From positions 15,807 through 79,806 of the forward strand of contig JAUVXX010000002.1 in NCBI GenBank assembly GCA_030603395.1: a stretch of DNA of 64,000 bases, in the 5' to 3' direction. Under the pieces are notes generated by a model, which was given only the letters and a program-made list of their open reading frames with translations, had not been told where the DNA came from and did not search any database. The translations under genes and the position numbers were made by a program. Shown one piece after another: positions 8,989 through 18,304 of this stretch (positions within the stretch are counted from its first letter, which is position 1; every line of letters begins with the position of its first letter). This DNA is from a bacterium. Its GTDB lineage: Bacteria; Patescibacteriota; Minisyncoccia; Minisyncoccales; CG1-02-41-26.

Positions 8989-9024
8989 TTTTCAATTTTC
9001 AATTATCAATTATCAATTTTCAAT
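8988..9024 (+). repeat. Heptamer tandem repeat (ATTWTCA)x5
   Basis: attttca attttca attatca attatca attttca fills the thpR-murC spacer. Confidence 0.9.
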
Positions 9025-10335
9025 ATGAAAGTGCATTTTATTGGTATTGGTGGGATTGGGATTTCAGCTTTAGCCCAGTATTATTTAGCCAAACGCCACC
9101 AGGTTAGTGGCTCTGATCTGATATCTTCAGAAATGACTGAACTTTTAAAGAAAAAAGGGGTTAAAATTCTTATCGGAAAACATCAAGCTAAAAATATTCC
9201 AAAAAATGCTAATCTGGTAATTTATAGTTCAGCCGTCCAGTTAGATAACCCGGAATTGACAGAAGCAAAAAAATGCAGAATTAAGTGTCAAAGTTATCCC
9301 GAGGCATTGGGTAAACTCACTGAACAATACTATACTATTGCCATTTCTGGCACCCACGGCAAAAGCACGGTGGCTGCCCTGATTGGTTTAATTTTAGTGA
9401 AAGCCGGCCTGGACCCCACGGTAATTCTGGGAACAAAACTTAAAGAGTTCAAACAAAGTAATTTCCGGGTAGGCAAAAGTAAATATTTGGTAATAGAAGC
9501 TGATGAATGGCAGGCCTCTTTTTTAAATTATTGGCCCAATATTATTGTCATCACCAATATTGAAAGGGAACATCTCGATTATTATAAAGACCTCAACCAT
9601 ATCCTCGGAACGTACAAAGAATTTATCAATCGTTTGCTAACTAATGGAGTATTGATTATTAATGGAGACGACAACAATATTAAAAAACTTAAAATCCAAA
9701 TCCTGGGATTGCGTCTCCGAACTCAAACGTTCAGCTTAAAGCAGAAGGAGGTGAAGAAACTGAAAAAAAACTTAAAAATTCCAGGAGAGCATAATCTTTT
9801 AAATGCCCTAGCTGCTTTAACTCTAGCTCAAGTCTTAAAAATTCCTGACAGGGTTAGCTTCAAAACCCTATCAGGATATAAAGGTGCCTGGCGCCGCTTT
9901 GAAGAACACCAATTAAAAATTAAAAAAATGAAATTCAAAATTATTTCTGATTACGCCCATCATCCCACTGAAATTGCCGCTACCTTGAAAACAGCTCGCC
10001 AAAAATATCCCAAGCGAAAACTCTGGTGTGTTTTCCAACCCCATCAATACCAAAGGACATTTTATTTGTTCCAAGATTTTGTCAAGGTTTTTAAGGCTGC
10101 CTCTTTAGATAAATTAATTATTACTGATATCTATGACGTAGCTGGCAGGGAAGTAAAAAATCTCAGGAAGAAAGTGAACTCAAAGAAATTAATTGAGGCA
10201 ATTGGCAAAAAGGGGGCCAGTTATCTACCAAAAAGCAAGATAATAAATTACTTAAAGAAGAACTTGAGGGGTGGGGAAATAGTGATAATAATGGGAGCAG
10301 GGAACATCTACGAGATAATTAAAGAGCTTAAATGA
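9025..10335 (+). CDS. murC: UDP-N-acetylmuramate--L-alanine ligase
   Basis: HFIGIGGIGISALA, GTHGKST, IEADE, DYAHHPTEI, FQPHQYQRT, MGAG. Confidence 0.96.
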   Translation: MKVHFIGIGGIGISALAQYYLAKRHQVSGSDLISSEMTELLKKKGVKILIGKHQAKNIPKNANLVIYSSAVQLDNPELTEAKKCRIKCQSYPEALGKLTEQYYTIAISGTHGKSTVAALIGLILVKAGLDPTVILGTKLKEFKQSNFRVGKSKYLVIEADEWQASFLNYWPNIIVITNIEREHLDYYKDLNHILGTYKEFINRLLTNGVLIINGDDNNIKKLKIQILGLRLRTQTFSLKQKEVKKLKKNLKIPGEHNLLNALAALTLAQVLKIPDRVSFKTLSGYKGAWRRFEEHQLKIKKMKFKIISDYAHHPTEIAATLKTARQKYPKRKLWCVFQPHQYQRTFYLFQDFVKVFKAASLDKLIITDIYDVAGREVKNLRKKVNSKKLIEAIGKKGASYLPKSKIINYLKKNLRGGEIVIIMGAGNIYEIIKELK

Positions 10336-10416
10336 AGGGTTTTAACTCTACATTTTGTCGCTTGCTTGGAAATACAAAAGCTTACTTTTGTATTTCTCTT
10401 GCTTCGCTCCAAAATA

Positions 10417-10464
10417 GTTATCCACAGTTGACCAGTTGACTATTAAAGACCAAACTCCTAAAAT
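10417..10464 (+). promoter_or_regulatory. DnaA-box consensus followed by a sigma70 promoter
   Basis: TTATCCACA at 10418-10426; TTGACT (10436-10441), 17 nt, TAAAAT (10459-10464). Confidence 0.65.
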
Positions 10465-10514
10465 AGACTAATATACTAAAAAGGTCTTTTCTAATTTTTA
10501 AAAAAAGATAAATT

Positions 10515-10694
10515 ATGCTTTATTGGTTATTTTGGGTAATTTTGGTTGTGGCGGTAGTTGGCATTATCTTTTGGTATTTGAAATCAAAAGGAAAAGGTGG
10601 AGAAAAAGAGAGCATGCCCGGAACTACGGCTCCAGAGGAACCAAAAGAACAAAGCTCTGAAACGCCACCATCTGAAACCCCGGAGGGAGAGTAA
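10515..10694 (+). CDS. 59-aa single-pass membrane protein (not in the ORF track)
   Basis: Hand translation MLYWLFWVILVVAVVGIIFWYLKSKGKGGEKESMPGTTAPEEPKEQSSETPPSETPEGE; lies between a promoter and a terminator. Confidence 0.75.
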   Translation: MLYWLFWVILVVAVVGIIFWYLKSKGKGGEKESMPGTTAPEEPKEQSSETPPSETPEGE

Positions 10695-10722
10695 ATTTAA
10701 GATATTTTTCAAAGAGAGCTTT

Positions 10723-10760
10723 AAAAAAAACAGGGGTGTTTGGCATTCCCTGTTTTTTTT
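10723..10760 (+). terminator. Intrinsic terminator, possibly bidirectional
   Basis: A-tract, CAGGG...CCCTG hairpin, then T-tract. Confidence 0.8.
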
Positions 10761-10829
10761 ATTTGAGGTGATAAAAATATAGTTGCTATTTCTTGTCAAA
10801 TTTATTAAAATTGATGAAGAGACAATTCT

Positions 10830-12020
10830 ATGAAAACCATTACTAACCCCAAAAAGATAAAAGAAGTCCTGGAAAGGGGAGTGGAAGAAGCAATTATTAG
10901 AAAACATTTAGAGAAAAGGTTGTTGAATGGCGAGAAATTACGAATAAAATTTGGGATTGACCCCACGACCAACATTTTGCATTTAGGTCATTCTGTTTGT
11001 TTATGGAAATTGCGGCAATTTCAAGATTTAGGACACCAAATTATTTTTCTTATTGGAGATTTTACAGCTAAAATCGGCGACCCCACCGGTAGAACATCAT
11101 CAAGAGTTCCTCTTTCTCTCACCGAGATAAAAAAGAATATGCGTAATTACAAGAAACAAGCAGGTTTAATTTTGGACCTTAGTAAAATAGAGATACGTTA
11201 TAACAGCGAATGGTGGGATAAAATGAAACTCCGAGAAATTATGACCCTCGCTACCAAAGTTACTTACGGTCAAGTCTCCGCCCGAGCAGACTTTAAAAAA
11301 CGGCTTCGCGAAGATAAAGATTTTACCTTGGAAGAATTTATCTATCCAATGTTACAAGGTTATGATTCGGTGAAACTCAAAGCAGACGTAGAAATTGGTG
11401 GTACGGACCAAAAGTTTAATATGCTGATAGGTCGGCGAATCCAAAGAAGATACAACCAAAATCCTCAAGATGTCATAACGTGCCCACTCTTGGAAGGAAT
11501 AGATGGTAAAGAAAAAATGAGTAAATCTCTTAATAACTATGTTGCTTTGACAGAAAAATCAAACAAGATGTATGGCAAAATTATGTCTATCCCCGATAAT
11601 TTAATTAAAAAATATCTTGAATTAACTACAAACTTAACTAAAAAACAGATTGAAGGAATTTTAGAAAAAAAACCGCAGATGGCCAAAGCTATGTTAGCCA
11701 AAGAAATTGTAAAATTATATCATAGAGAAAGAGCAGCGCTTTTAGCAGAAAAAGAATTTAATCAGGTATTTAGGGAAAAGAAGCTACCCTCTAAAATCCC
11801 CAATTTCAAGACATCAAAAAAGGTTTTACCCATTTTAGATTTAATCTTTGAATCTGGTTTGGCTTCTTCTAAAAGCCAGGCCAAAAGGTTAATTTTAGGA
11901 AAGGGAGTTAAAATTGACGGTAAAGTGAAGACCAATTGGCAAGAGAAAATTAAATTGAGAAAGGGAATGGTTTTACAGGTTGGGAAGCGGAGATTTAAAA
12001 AAGTAGAATTAAAAGGTTAG
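10830..12020 (+). CDS. tyrS: Tyrosine--tRNA ligase
   Basis: FGIDPT..LHLGH, YPMLQGYDS, GGTDQKFN, KMSKS, C-terminal S4 domain. Confidence 0.97.
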   Translation: MKTITNPKKIKEVLERGVEEAIIRKHLEKRLLNGEKLRIKFGIDPTTNILHLGHSVCLWKLRQFQDLGHQIIFLIGDFTAKIGDPTGRTSSRVPLSLTEIKKNMRNYKKQAGLILDLSKIEIRYNSEWWDKMKLREIMTLATKVTYGQVSARADFKKRLREDKDFTLEEFIYPMLQGYDSVKLKADVEIGGTDQKFNMLIGRRIQRRYNQNPQDVITCPLLEGIDGKEKMSKSLNNYVALTEKSNKMYGKIMSIPDNLIKKYLELTTNLTKKQIEGILEKKPQMAKAMLAKEIVKLYHRERAALLAEKEFNQVFREKKLPSKIPNFKTSKKVLPILDLIFESGLASSKSQAKRLILGKGVKIDGKVKTNWQEKIKLRKGMVLQVGKRRFKKVELKG

Positions 12021-12026
12021 AAAATT

Positions 12027-12395
12027 ATGGCAAAAAAAATACTAATCATTGAAGATGAGAAAATTCTAAGGGATATGTATGCCCAGAAGCTTTCCCGGGC
12101 TGGCTTTGAGGTGTTTTCAGTTGCTGGGGCTGAAGAGGGCTTGGAAACTGCCAAGAAAGAAAAACCAGACCTCATCTTGCTTGATATTCTTTTGCCTAAG
12201 GAAAACGGAATCTTCTTTCTGAAAAAGTTAAGGGAAGACCCGGATATAACTCAAAGTGAGGTGGTTGCTTTTTCAAACTTTGATGACCCCGACGCCCGAG
12301 AAGAGGCAGAAAGATTACAGGTCAAAGATTATTTAATCAAAACCGACTATACCCCTAAAGAAATCGTGGAGAAGATAAAAGAATACCTAAAATGA
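12027..12395 (+). CDS. Single-domain response regulator receiver
   Basis: ILIIEDE, PDLILLDILLP, DYLIK. Confidence 0.92.
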   Translation: MAKKILIIEDEKILRDMYAQKLSRAGFEVFSVAGAEEGLETAKKEKPDLILLDILLPKENGIFFLKKLREDPDITQSEVVAFSNFDDPDAREEAERLQVKDYLIKTDYTPKEIVEKIKEYLK

Positions 12396-13750
12396 AAAGG
12401 ATACTAAATATTGAAACCCCCAAACATATTGGGAAACAAGTCAGAGTTTGTGGTTGGGTAAATAGCCGGCGAGACCACGGTGGAATAGTTTTTTTGGACG
12501 TGCGAGATCGTTCTGGAATTTTGCAAGTAGTTTGTCAGCCAGATTCAGCTAAAGATATCAAGGATGAATGTGTCTTGGAGATAATAGGGCAAGTAAAAAA
12601 AAGACCTCCCAAAATGGTCAACCCTGAGCTGGAAACCGGAACGGTTGAAGTAGAGGTCGGGGAGATTAAAATCTTAGCTGAAGCAAATAGTTTGCCTTTT
12701 GAAATAAGGGGTGATTTAAATTTAGGCTTGCCCACTCTTTTAGATTACCGACCATTAACATTACGAAATGAAAAGATTAGAGCTATTTTTAAAATTGAGG
12801 AGGAGATAATTTCAAGCTTCCGAAAAACCTTAAAAGATTTAGAATTTACTGAGTTTCAAGCCCCAACCATTGTCCCGGTCGCCACAGAGGGCGGAGCAGA
12901 GCTTTTTACTGTTGATTATTATGATTACAAAGCTTATCTCGGTCAAAGCCCTCAGCTTTATAAACAAATTATGCTCGGAGCATTTGAAAGGGTTTTTACT
13001 GTTACCAAGGCCTACAGAGCTGAACCTAGCGTTACCACCCGTCATATCTCAGAGTATATCAGTTTGGACGCTGAAATGGGTTTTATTGATTCTTGGGAAG
13101 AATTGATGGATACCTGCGAGATTATCATTAAGAATATGTTTGACGATGTGCAGAAAAACTGCCAAAAGCAACTAGAAATGTTTGGGATATCCCTTTCAAA
13201 AATAAGCTCAAAAATCCCTCATATAAAGATGAGACAAGCTCAAGAGATTATTTTTAAGAGAATTGGCCGAGATAACAGAAAGGAGCCGGACTTAGAACCA
13301 GAAGATGAGAAAGAAATCTGTCAATGGGCAAAGGAAAAACATGACACAGAGTTAATTTTTATCACCCATTACCCAACAAAGAAAAGACCTTTTTACACCT
13401 ATCCTGATCCTATTAACCCAGAGTACACGTTGAGTTTCGACCTCCTTTATCGAGGGGTAGAAATAGTTACTGGTGGGCAGCGGATTCATGAATTTGATAA
13501 ACTCTCAGAAAATATAAAAAAATGGGGAAACAAAATTAGAGATTTTCAATTTTATCTTCAGGCATTCAAATATGGCATACCACCAGAAGGGGGATTTGCT
13601 CTTGGCGCTGAGAGAATTGTTAAACAAATTTTAGATTTAGAGAACATCCGAGAAGCCACTTTATTCCCAAGAGATATGATCCGAATCGACCAAAGATTAT
13701 CTGTTTTACAACCCAAAAAGAAATCTAAAAAGAAAAATTCTAAAAAATGA
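12392..13750 (+). CDS. aspS: Aspartate--tRNA ligase, short archaeal-type (probably non-discriminating)
   Basis: OB-fold RDHGGIVFLDVRDRSG, TEGGAELF, LGQSPQLYKQ, GGQRIH, YGIPPEGGFALGAER. Confidence 0.92.
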   Translation: MKRILNIETPKHIGKQVRVCGWVNSRRDHGGIVFLDVRDRSGILQVVCQPDSAKDIKDECVLEIIGQVKKRPPKMVNPELETGTVEVEVGEIKILAEANSLPFEIRGDLNLGLPTLLDYRPLTLRNEKIRAIFKIEEEIISSFRKTLKDLEFTEFQAPTIVPVATEGGAELFTVDYYDYKAYLGQSPQLYKQIMLGAFERVFTVTKAYRAEPSVTTRHISEYISLDAEMGFIDSWEELMDTCEIIIKNMFDDVQKNCQKQLEMFGISLSKISSKIPHIKMRQAQEIIFKRIGRDNRKEPDLEPEDEKEICQWAKEKHDTELIFITHYPTKKRPFYTYPDPINPEYTLSFDLLYRGVEIVTGGQRIHEFDKLSENIKKWGNKIRDFQFYLQAFKYGIPPEGGFALGAERIVKQILDLENIREATLFPRDMIRIDQRLSVLQPKKKSKKKNSKK

Positions 13751-14700
13751 CCAGGAAAATCAAACTTCTTTTAATAGTGATTTTGATAGGCTTGCCTTTT
13801 TGGTGGGTGGTGAATGTCTTGGAAAAAAACCTGGAGGACTTTTTTTATTCATGGGAAATGGAAAAAAATCCTTCCTCAATCTTTATTGCTCAAATTGCTC
13901 AAAATTATCTTGTAAAAGCTTCGGTAACCGTTGTTAGGAATGAGATACCGGAAGATTTTGAAATTACTGCTGAGAGTGTCATTTCGGTTGAAATAGATGA
14001 TAAAGGAAACGAGAAAGTTCTTTTTAACAAGGAAGAGGTCAAAAAAATGCCCATGGCCAGTATCACCAAACTTATGACGGCGCTTATTGCCTCAGAATTT
14101 TATTATCCTTCCCTGAAAGTTCCAATCTCAAAAACTGCGGTAGGGCAAGAAGAAGAATATGGTCATCTGAAAGTAGGGGAGATTTTACAGGTTCAAGACC
14201 TCTTATATGTGATGCTTATTGAATCAAGCAACGATGCTGCTTTTGCTTTGGGAGAAATAATTGGCATTGAGGGTTTCACTGACTTAATGAACTTAAAGGC
14301 AAGAGATATGGGACTCCAAAATTCTAAGTTTTTTAATCTAACCGGCTTAGACCCTAAAAATCCCAATCAACCGATAAACTACTCAACTGCCCGAGATTTG
14401 GTAAAATTAGCGAAATATCTATTGACAGAGAAACCAGAAATTTTGGAGATTCTCTCTAAAAAAGAATACGAGCTCTATTTGGAAAATGGAGTTTTTCATC
14501 ACACCTTACAAAATACCAATGAACTTTTGGGAGAGATTCCAGAAATAGTCGGAGGAAAAACTGGCTTTACTGAAAGGGCCGGGGGCTGCTTGCTTTTGAT
14601 TATGGAAGGTTTCAGTCCCGGAAATTACCTAGTAAATGTCGTATTGAGCTCTCCTCGCAGGTTTGAAGAGATGAGGAAATTGATAGAATTCATTCGTTGA
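13747..14700 (+). CDS. D-alanyl-D-alanine carboxypeptidase (S11 family)
   Basis: SITK, SSND and GKTG motifs; N-terminal membrane anchor. Confidence 0.92.
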   Translation: MTRKIKLLLIVILIGLPFWWVVNVLEKNLEDFFYSWEMEKNPSSIFIAQIAQNYLVKASVTVVRNEIPEDFEITAESVISVEIDDKGNEKVLFNKEEVKKMPMASITKLMTALIASEFYYPSLKVPISKTAVGQEEEYGHLKVGEILQVQDLLYVMLIESSNDAAFALGEIIGIEGFTDLMNLKARDMGLQNSKFFNLTGLDPKNPNQPINYSTARDLVKLAKYLLTEKPEILEILSKKEYELYLENGVFHHTLQNTNELLGEIPEIVGGKTGFTERAGGCLLLIMEGFSPGNYLVNVVLSSPRRFEEMRKLIEFIR

Positions 14701-15761
14701 TTCTTATGCTTCAGATACAAGCAATTAAAATTTTGGTTCTTTGTGTCACAGCCGCTTTCCTGGCTGCTTTATGGACTCCCGCTTTAACTCATTTTCTTTA
14801 CAAATACAAACTCTGGAGAAAAGAACCCAGAAAAAAAACAATCGACGGCAAACCAGCCCCGGTCTTTTACAACTTACACAAAAAGAGGGAAGTTAAGGTG
14901 CCTCGTTTGGGAGGACTTTTAATTTGGCTGACTACCATTTTTGTGGCTTTTTTATTTGCTGGTTTAGCCAGAATCTCCAATAGTTTCTGGCTGCAAAAAC
15001 TGAATTTCTTATCAAGGAATCAAACCTGGCTTCCCTTGGCCACCCTGGTGGCGGCAGGCCTTTTGGGTCTGGGGGATGATATCTTGCAGATTTTTGGCAA
15101 GGGGAAGTATGCTGGTGGTGGCATAAGATTTACCCGGAGGTTGTTGATTGTCTTGATGATAGGAGTTGTTGGGGCTTGGTGGTTTTATTCTAAATTGGGC
15201 TGGCACACCTTGCACATTCCCGGCAACGGTGACCTTGAGATTGGTTTTTGGTATTTGCCTCTGTTTGTGATTGTTGTTCTGGCTTGCTGGGCCGGGGGAG
15301 TGATAGACGGCATTGATGGTTTGGCCGGAGGAGTATTTGCCACCATGTTTGGCGCTTTCAGCATTATTGCTTTTTCTCAGATGCAATATAACTTAGCGAG
15401 TTTCTGCGCTGTTCTGGCCGGGACAATTTTAGCTTTCTTGTGGTTTAATATCCCGCCGGCTCGCTTTTACATGGGAGAAACAGGCATGATTGGCTTGACT
15501 TCAACTTTGGCGGTGGTCGCTTTTTTAACCGATTCTCTGCTGGTTCTGCCAATTATTGGAGGACTCTTGGTTATTGAGGCCGGCTCGGTTATTTTGCAAC
15601 TTTTCTCCAAGAAAGTCTTTGGCAAAAAAATATTTCTCTGCGCTCCCATTCATCATCATTTAGAAGCCAAAGGTTGGTCTCCCGCCAAAATCACCATGCG
15701 TTTTTGGCTGATTGGCATGTTGCTTGCCGTTGTAGGAGTAGCTGTAAGGCTTTTAGGATAA
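14697..15761 (+). CDS. mraY: Phospho-N-acetylmuramoyl-pentapeptide transferase
   Basis: PRLGG, GLGDD, DGIDGLAGG, FNIPPARFYMGETG, APIHHHLE..GW. Confidence 0.9.
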   Translation: MILMLQIQAIKILVLCVTAAFLAALWTPALTHFLYKYKLWRKEPRKKTIDGKPAPVFYNLHKKREVKVPRLGGLLIWLTTIFVAFLFAGLARISNSFWLQKLNFLSRNQTWLPLATLVAAGLLGLGDDILQIFGKGKYAGGGIRFTRRLLIVLMIGVVGAWWFYSKLGWHTLHIPGNGDLEIGFWYLPLFVIVVLACWAGGVIDGIDGLAGGVFATMFGAFSIIAFSQMQYNLASFCAVLAGTILAFLWFNIPPARFYMGETGMIGLTSTLAVVAFLTDSLLVLPIIGGLLVIEAGSVILQLFSKKVFGKKIFLCAPIHHHLEAKGWSPAKITMRFWLIGMLLAVVGVAVRLLG

Positions 15762-15837
15762 CATTTAGATTATTACACGATATAAAATGTCCAGAGGGAA
15801 TATTTTTCCCTCTTTTTCTTTATTTTGAGGGAATTTT

Positions 15838-17214
15838 ATGGTATTTTTAAGTATGAAAATGCGTTTAGAAGGACTGGAAAACAAAAAAATACTGATTCTG
15901 GGATTTGGCAGAGAGGGGACGGATAACTTTTTGGCTTTGAGGAAATTATTCCCCAAAAAGTCCTTAGCCATAGCGGATAAAATGGAACCTAAAGAATTAT
16001 CCAAAAGCACCCGAAAGCTCCTGAAACTTGACAAAAATATAAAACTGTATCTTGGCAAAGATTATCTCCGAGCCCTTAAAAATCACGATTTGATAATTAA
16101 AACTCCGGGTATCCCGTTGAGCACGATAAGGCCGTTTTTGAAAAAGAGGACAAGGATTACTTCGCAGACCGAGATTTTTTTGGAAAATTGTCCGGGTACC
16201 ATTATTGGAATAACCGGTACCAAAGGAAAGGGGACTACTGCTTCTTTAATTTACCAGATATTGAAAAAAGGAGGTCTAAAAGTCCATCTGATTGGCAACA
16301 TCGGCAAACCAGTTTTCCAAACCTTGTTAAGGGCTAAACCTGAGGAAATTTTCATTCACGAGTTATCTTCCCATCAACTCCAAAATCTCAAAAAATCACC
16401 CCAGATTGCCGTTTTCTTGAATCTCTGGCCAGCCCATCTGGATTATTTCAAGAACTTCCAAGAATACCAGAGAGCCAAGGAGAATATCGCCCGTTATCAA
16501 ACCGAGAAAGATTTTTTTGTTTACAATTCAGACGAGAGCCGTTTGCGAGAAATTGTCAAAAAATCAAAAGCCAAAAAAATTCCCTTTGGCATTAAAAAGC
16601 TCAAGGAATTAGCAAAAATTATTCCTCAAAAAGAAATTCCCTTAAAGGGGAAATTTAACTTTTTAAATGTGCTGGCAGCGGTTAAGGCGGGGAAGCTCTT
16701 TAATGTTAAAGTTTCAAAGATAAGAGAAGCCGTAAAATCTTTCAAAGCCCTGCCCCACAGATTAGAGTTTGTTGGTAAATACAGAGGAATTGCCTTTTAT
16801 AATGATTCTTTAGCCACGGTACCCCAAGCAACAGTGGCTGCTCTTGATGGTCTGGGGGACAAAGTGAAAACATTAATCTTGGGAGGTTCGGACAGCAGGG
16901 TTGATTTTTCTGTTTTAATAAAGAGGATTTTAAAAAGCGATCTTAAAACCCTTATTTTTCTTTCACCAGGCACCGGAAAGCAAATTTGGCAGAAAATCAC
17001 CGCCTTAAAAAAAACCAAGTTGCCCCAGGCCTTCTTTTTCTCTTCAATGAGTGAGGCCGTGAGAAAAGCTTTTCAAAGCACGGGGAGCGGAGAGATTTGT
17101 TTGCTTTCACCCGCTGCTCCCAGCTTCAATCTTTTTCAAGATTATCAAGAAAGAGGGGACTTATTTAAAAAATTGGTAAAAAAATATGCCAGTAGAGCAA
17201 AAAAAACGTCCTGA
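15838..17214 (+). CDS. murD: UDP-N-acetylmuramoyl-L-alanine--D-glutamate ligase (start probably 15853 or 15859)
   Basis: GITGTKGKGTT, GNIG, ELSSHQL, LPHRLE, NDSLAT, LLSPAAPSF. Confidence 0.96.
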   Translation: MVFLSMKMRLEGLENKKILILGFGREGTDNFLALRKLFPKKSLAIADKMEPKELSKSTRKLLKLDKNIKLYLGKDYLRALKNHDLIIKTPGIPLSTIRPFLKKRTRITSQTEIFLENCPGTIIGITGTKGKGTTASLIYQILKKGGLKVHLIGNIGKPVFQTLLRAKPEEIFIHELSSHQLQNLKKSPQIAVFLNLWPAHLDYFKNFQEYQRAKENIARYQTEKDFFVYNSDESRLREIVKKSKAKKIPFGIKKLKELAKIIPQKEIPLKGKFNFLNVLAAVKAGKLFNVKVSKIREAVKSFKALPHRLEFVGKYRGIAFYNDSLATVPQATVAALDGLGDKVKTLILGGSDSRVDFSVLIKRILKSDLKTLIFLSPGTGKQIWQKITALKKTKLPQAFFFSSMSEAVRKAFQSTGSGEICLLSPAAPSFNLFQDYQERGDLFKKLVKKYASRAKKTS

Positions 17215-18304
17215 TTTTGTATTGTTGTTAGTGGTTTTTGTCCTGCTCGGTTGGGGGATATTTACCCTGGGAACTGTTTCTGCTCCTCTTTCTTTGGAAA
17301 ATTACGGAAATACCTGGCATTATTTCTTTCACCAAATATTATGGGGGCTTTTGCCGGGCATAGCATTGGGGCTCATTTGTTTTCGTTTACCCTTGAAGCT
17401 TCTCAAAAAATGGGGTCCCTGGTTGTTTTTTTTGAATCTAATACTTTTGTTTCTTGTCTTCTTGCCTAAGATTGGTGTAGAGCTTGGGGGAGCAAAAAGA
17501 TGGCTCGGTTTAGGACCAATTTTATTTCAACCTTCGGAATTCCTCAAAATTACCTTTGTCCTTTATCTTGCTTCCTGGCTTTCCAATAAATCGGGTGAGC
17601 TAAAAAAGAGTAAAAAAAATCAGACCCTGGTTGTCTTTTTAATAATTTTAGCTGTTTTGGGATTTGGTTTGCTCTCACAGCCCGATATGAGTACGGCTGG
17701 TATAATTCTGATTACGGCCGTTCTAATGTATTTTGCCGCTCCCACTCCTTTCTGGCATTCTCTTTTGATAATTATTGGTGGATCCGGGGCGGCCTTTGCC
17801 TTAATAAAAATTATTCCCTACCGAGCAGCCAGATTGCTTACTTTTCTCCATCCCGAAACTGATCCCTTGGGAGCAAGTTTCCAGCTGAAACAAGCTTTGA
17901 TTGCCATCGGCTCAGGGAAAATATTTGGCATTGAGAAAGGATTTGGGCTTGGCTGGAGCCGACAAAAATTTGGCTTCTTGCCTCATTCAATGTCTGACTC
18001 AATTTTTGCTATAATAGGAGAAGAGATAGGTTTCATCGGCTGCAGCATCCTTATTTTCCTTTTCCTGGTTTTTCTCTGGCGTGGTTTAAGGATAGCGGTC
18101 AGGGCAGAAAAAAGTTTCCTCCGTCTTCTGGCCCTGGGGATTACCTGCTGGATAATCTTGCAAACTTTCTTCAATATCGGAGGAATGACAGGAATTCTGC
18201 CTTTATCTGGAATCCCTCTGCCATTTTTCAGTTATGGAGGATCGCACTTAATAGCTGAGTTGATTGGGGTTGGTATACTTTTAAATATTTCTAAAAAATT
18301 ATGA
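17186..18304 (+). CDS. ftsW: SEDS family peptidoglycan polymerase FtsW
   Basis: GAKRWL, QPSEFLK, SDSIFAIIGEEIG, GIPLPFFSYGGS; lies between murD and murG. Confidence 0.93.
   Translation: MPVEQKKRPDFVLLLVVFVLLGWGIFTLGTVSAPLSLENYGNTWHYFFHQILWGLLPGIALGLICFRLPLKLLKKWGPWLFFLNLILLFLVFLPKIGVELGGAKRWLGLGPILFQPSEFLKITFVLYLASWLSNKSGELKKSKKNQTLVVFLIILAVLGFGLLSQPDMSTAGIILITAVLMYFAAPTPFWHSLLIIIGGSGAAFALIKIIPYRAARLLTFLHPETDPLGASFQLKQALIAIGSGKIFGIEKGFGLGWSRQKFGFLPHSMSDSIFAIIGEEIGFIGCSILIFLFLVFLWRGLRIAVRAEKSFLRLLALGITCWIILQTFFNIGGMTGILPLSGIPLPFFSYGGSHLIAELIGVGILLNISKKL

Noticed and set aside
10418..10426. Replication origin suggested by DnaA boxes
   Set aside because: The boxes are isolated single copies (10418, 49126, and one in coding DNA at 61883); there is no cluster and no dnaA or dnaN nearby
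10584..10907. ORFs 10597-10782 (+) and 10584-10907 (-)
   Set aside because: They run through a terminator or overlap tyrS; the 59-aa ORF at 10515-10694 fits the promoter and terminator better
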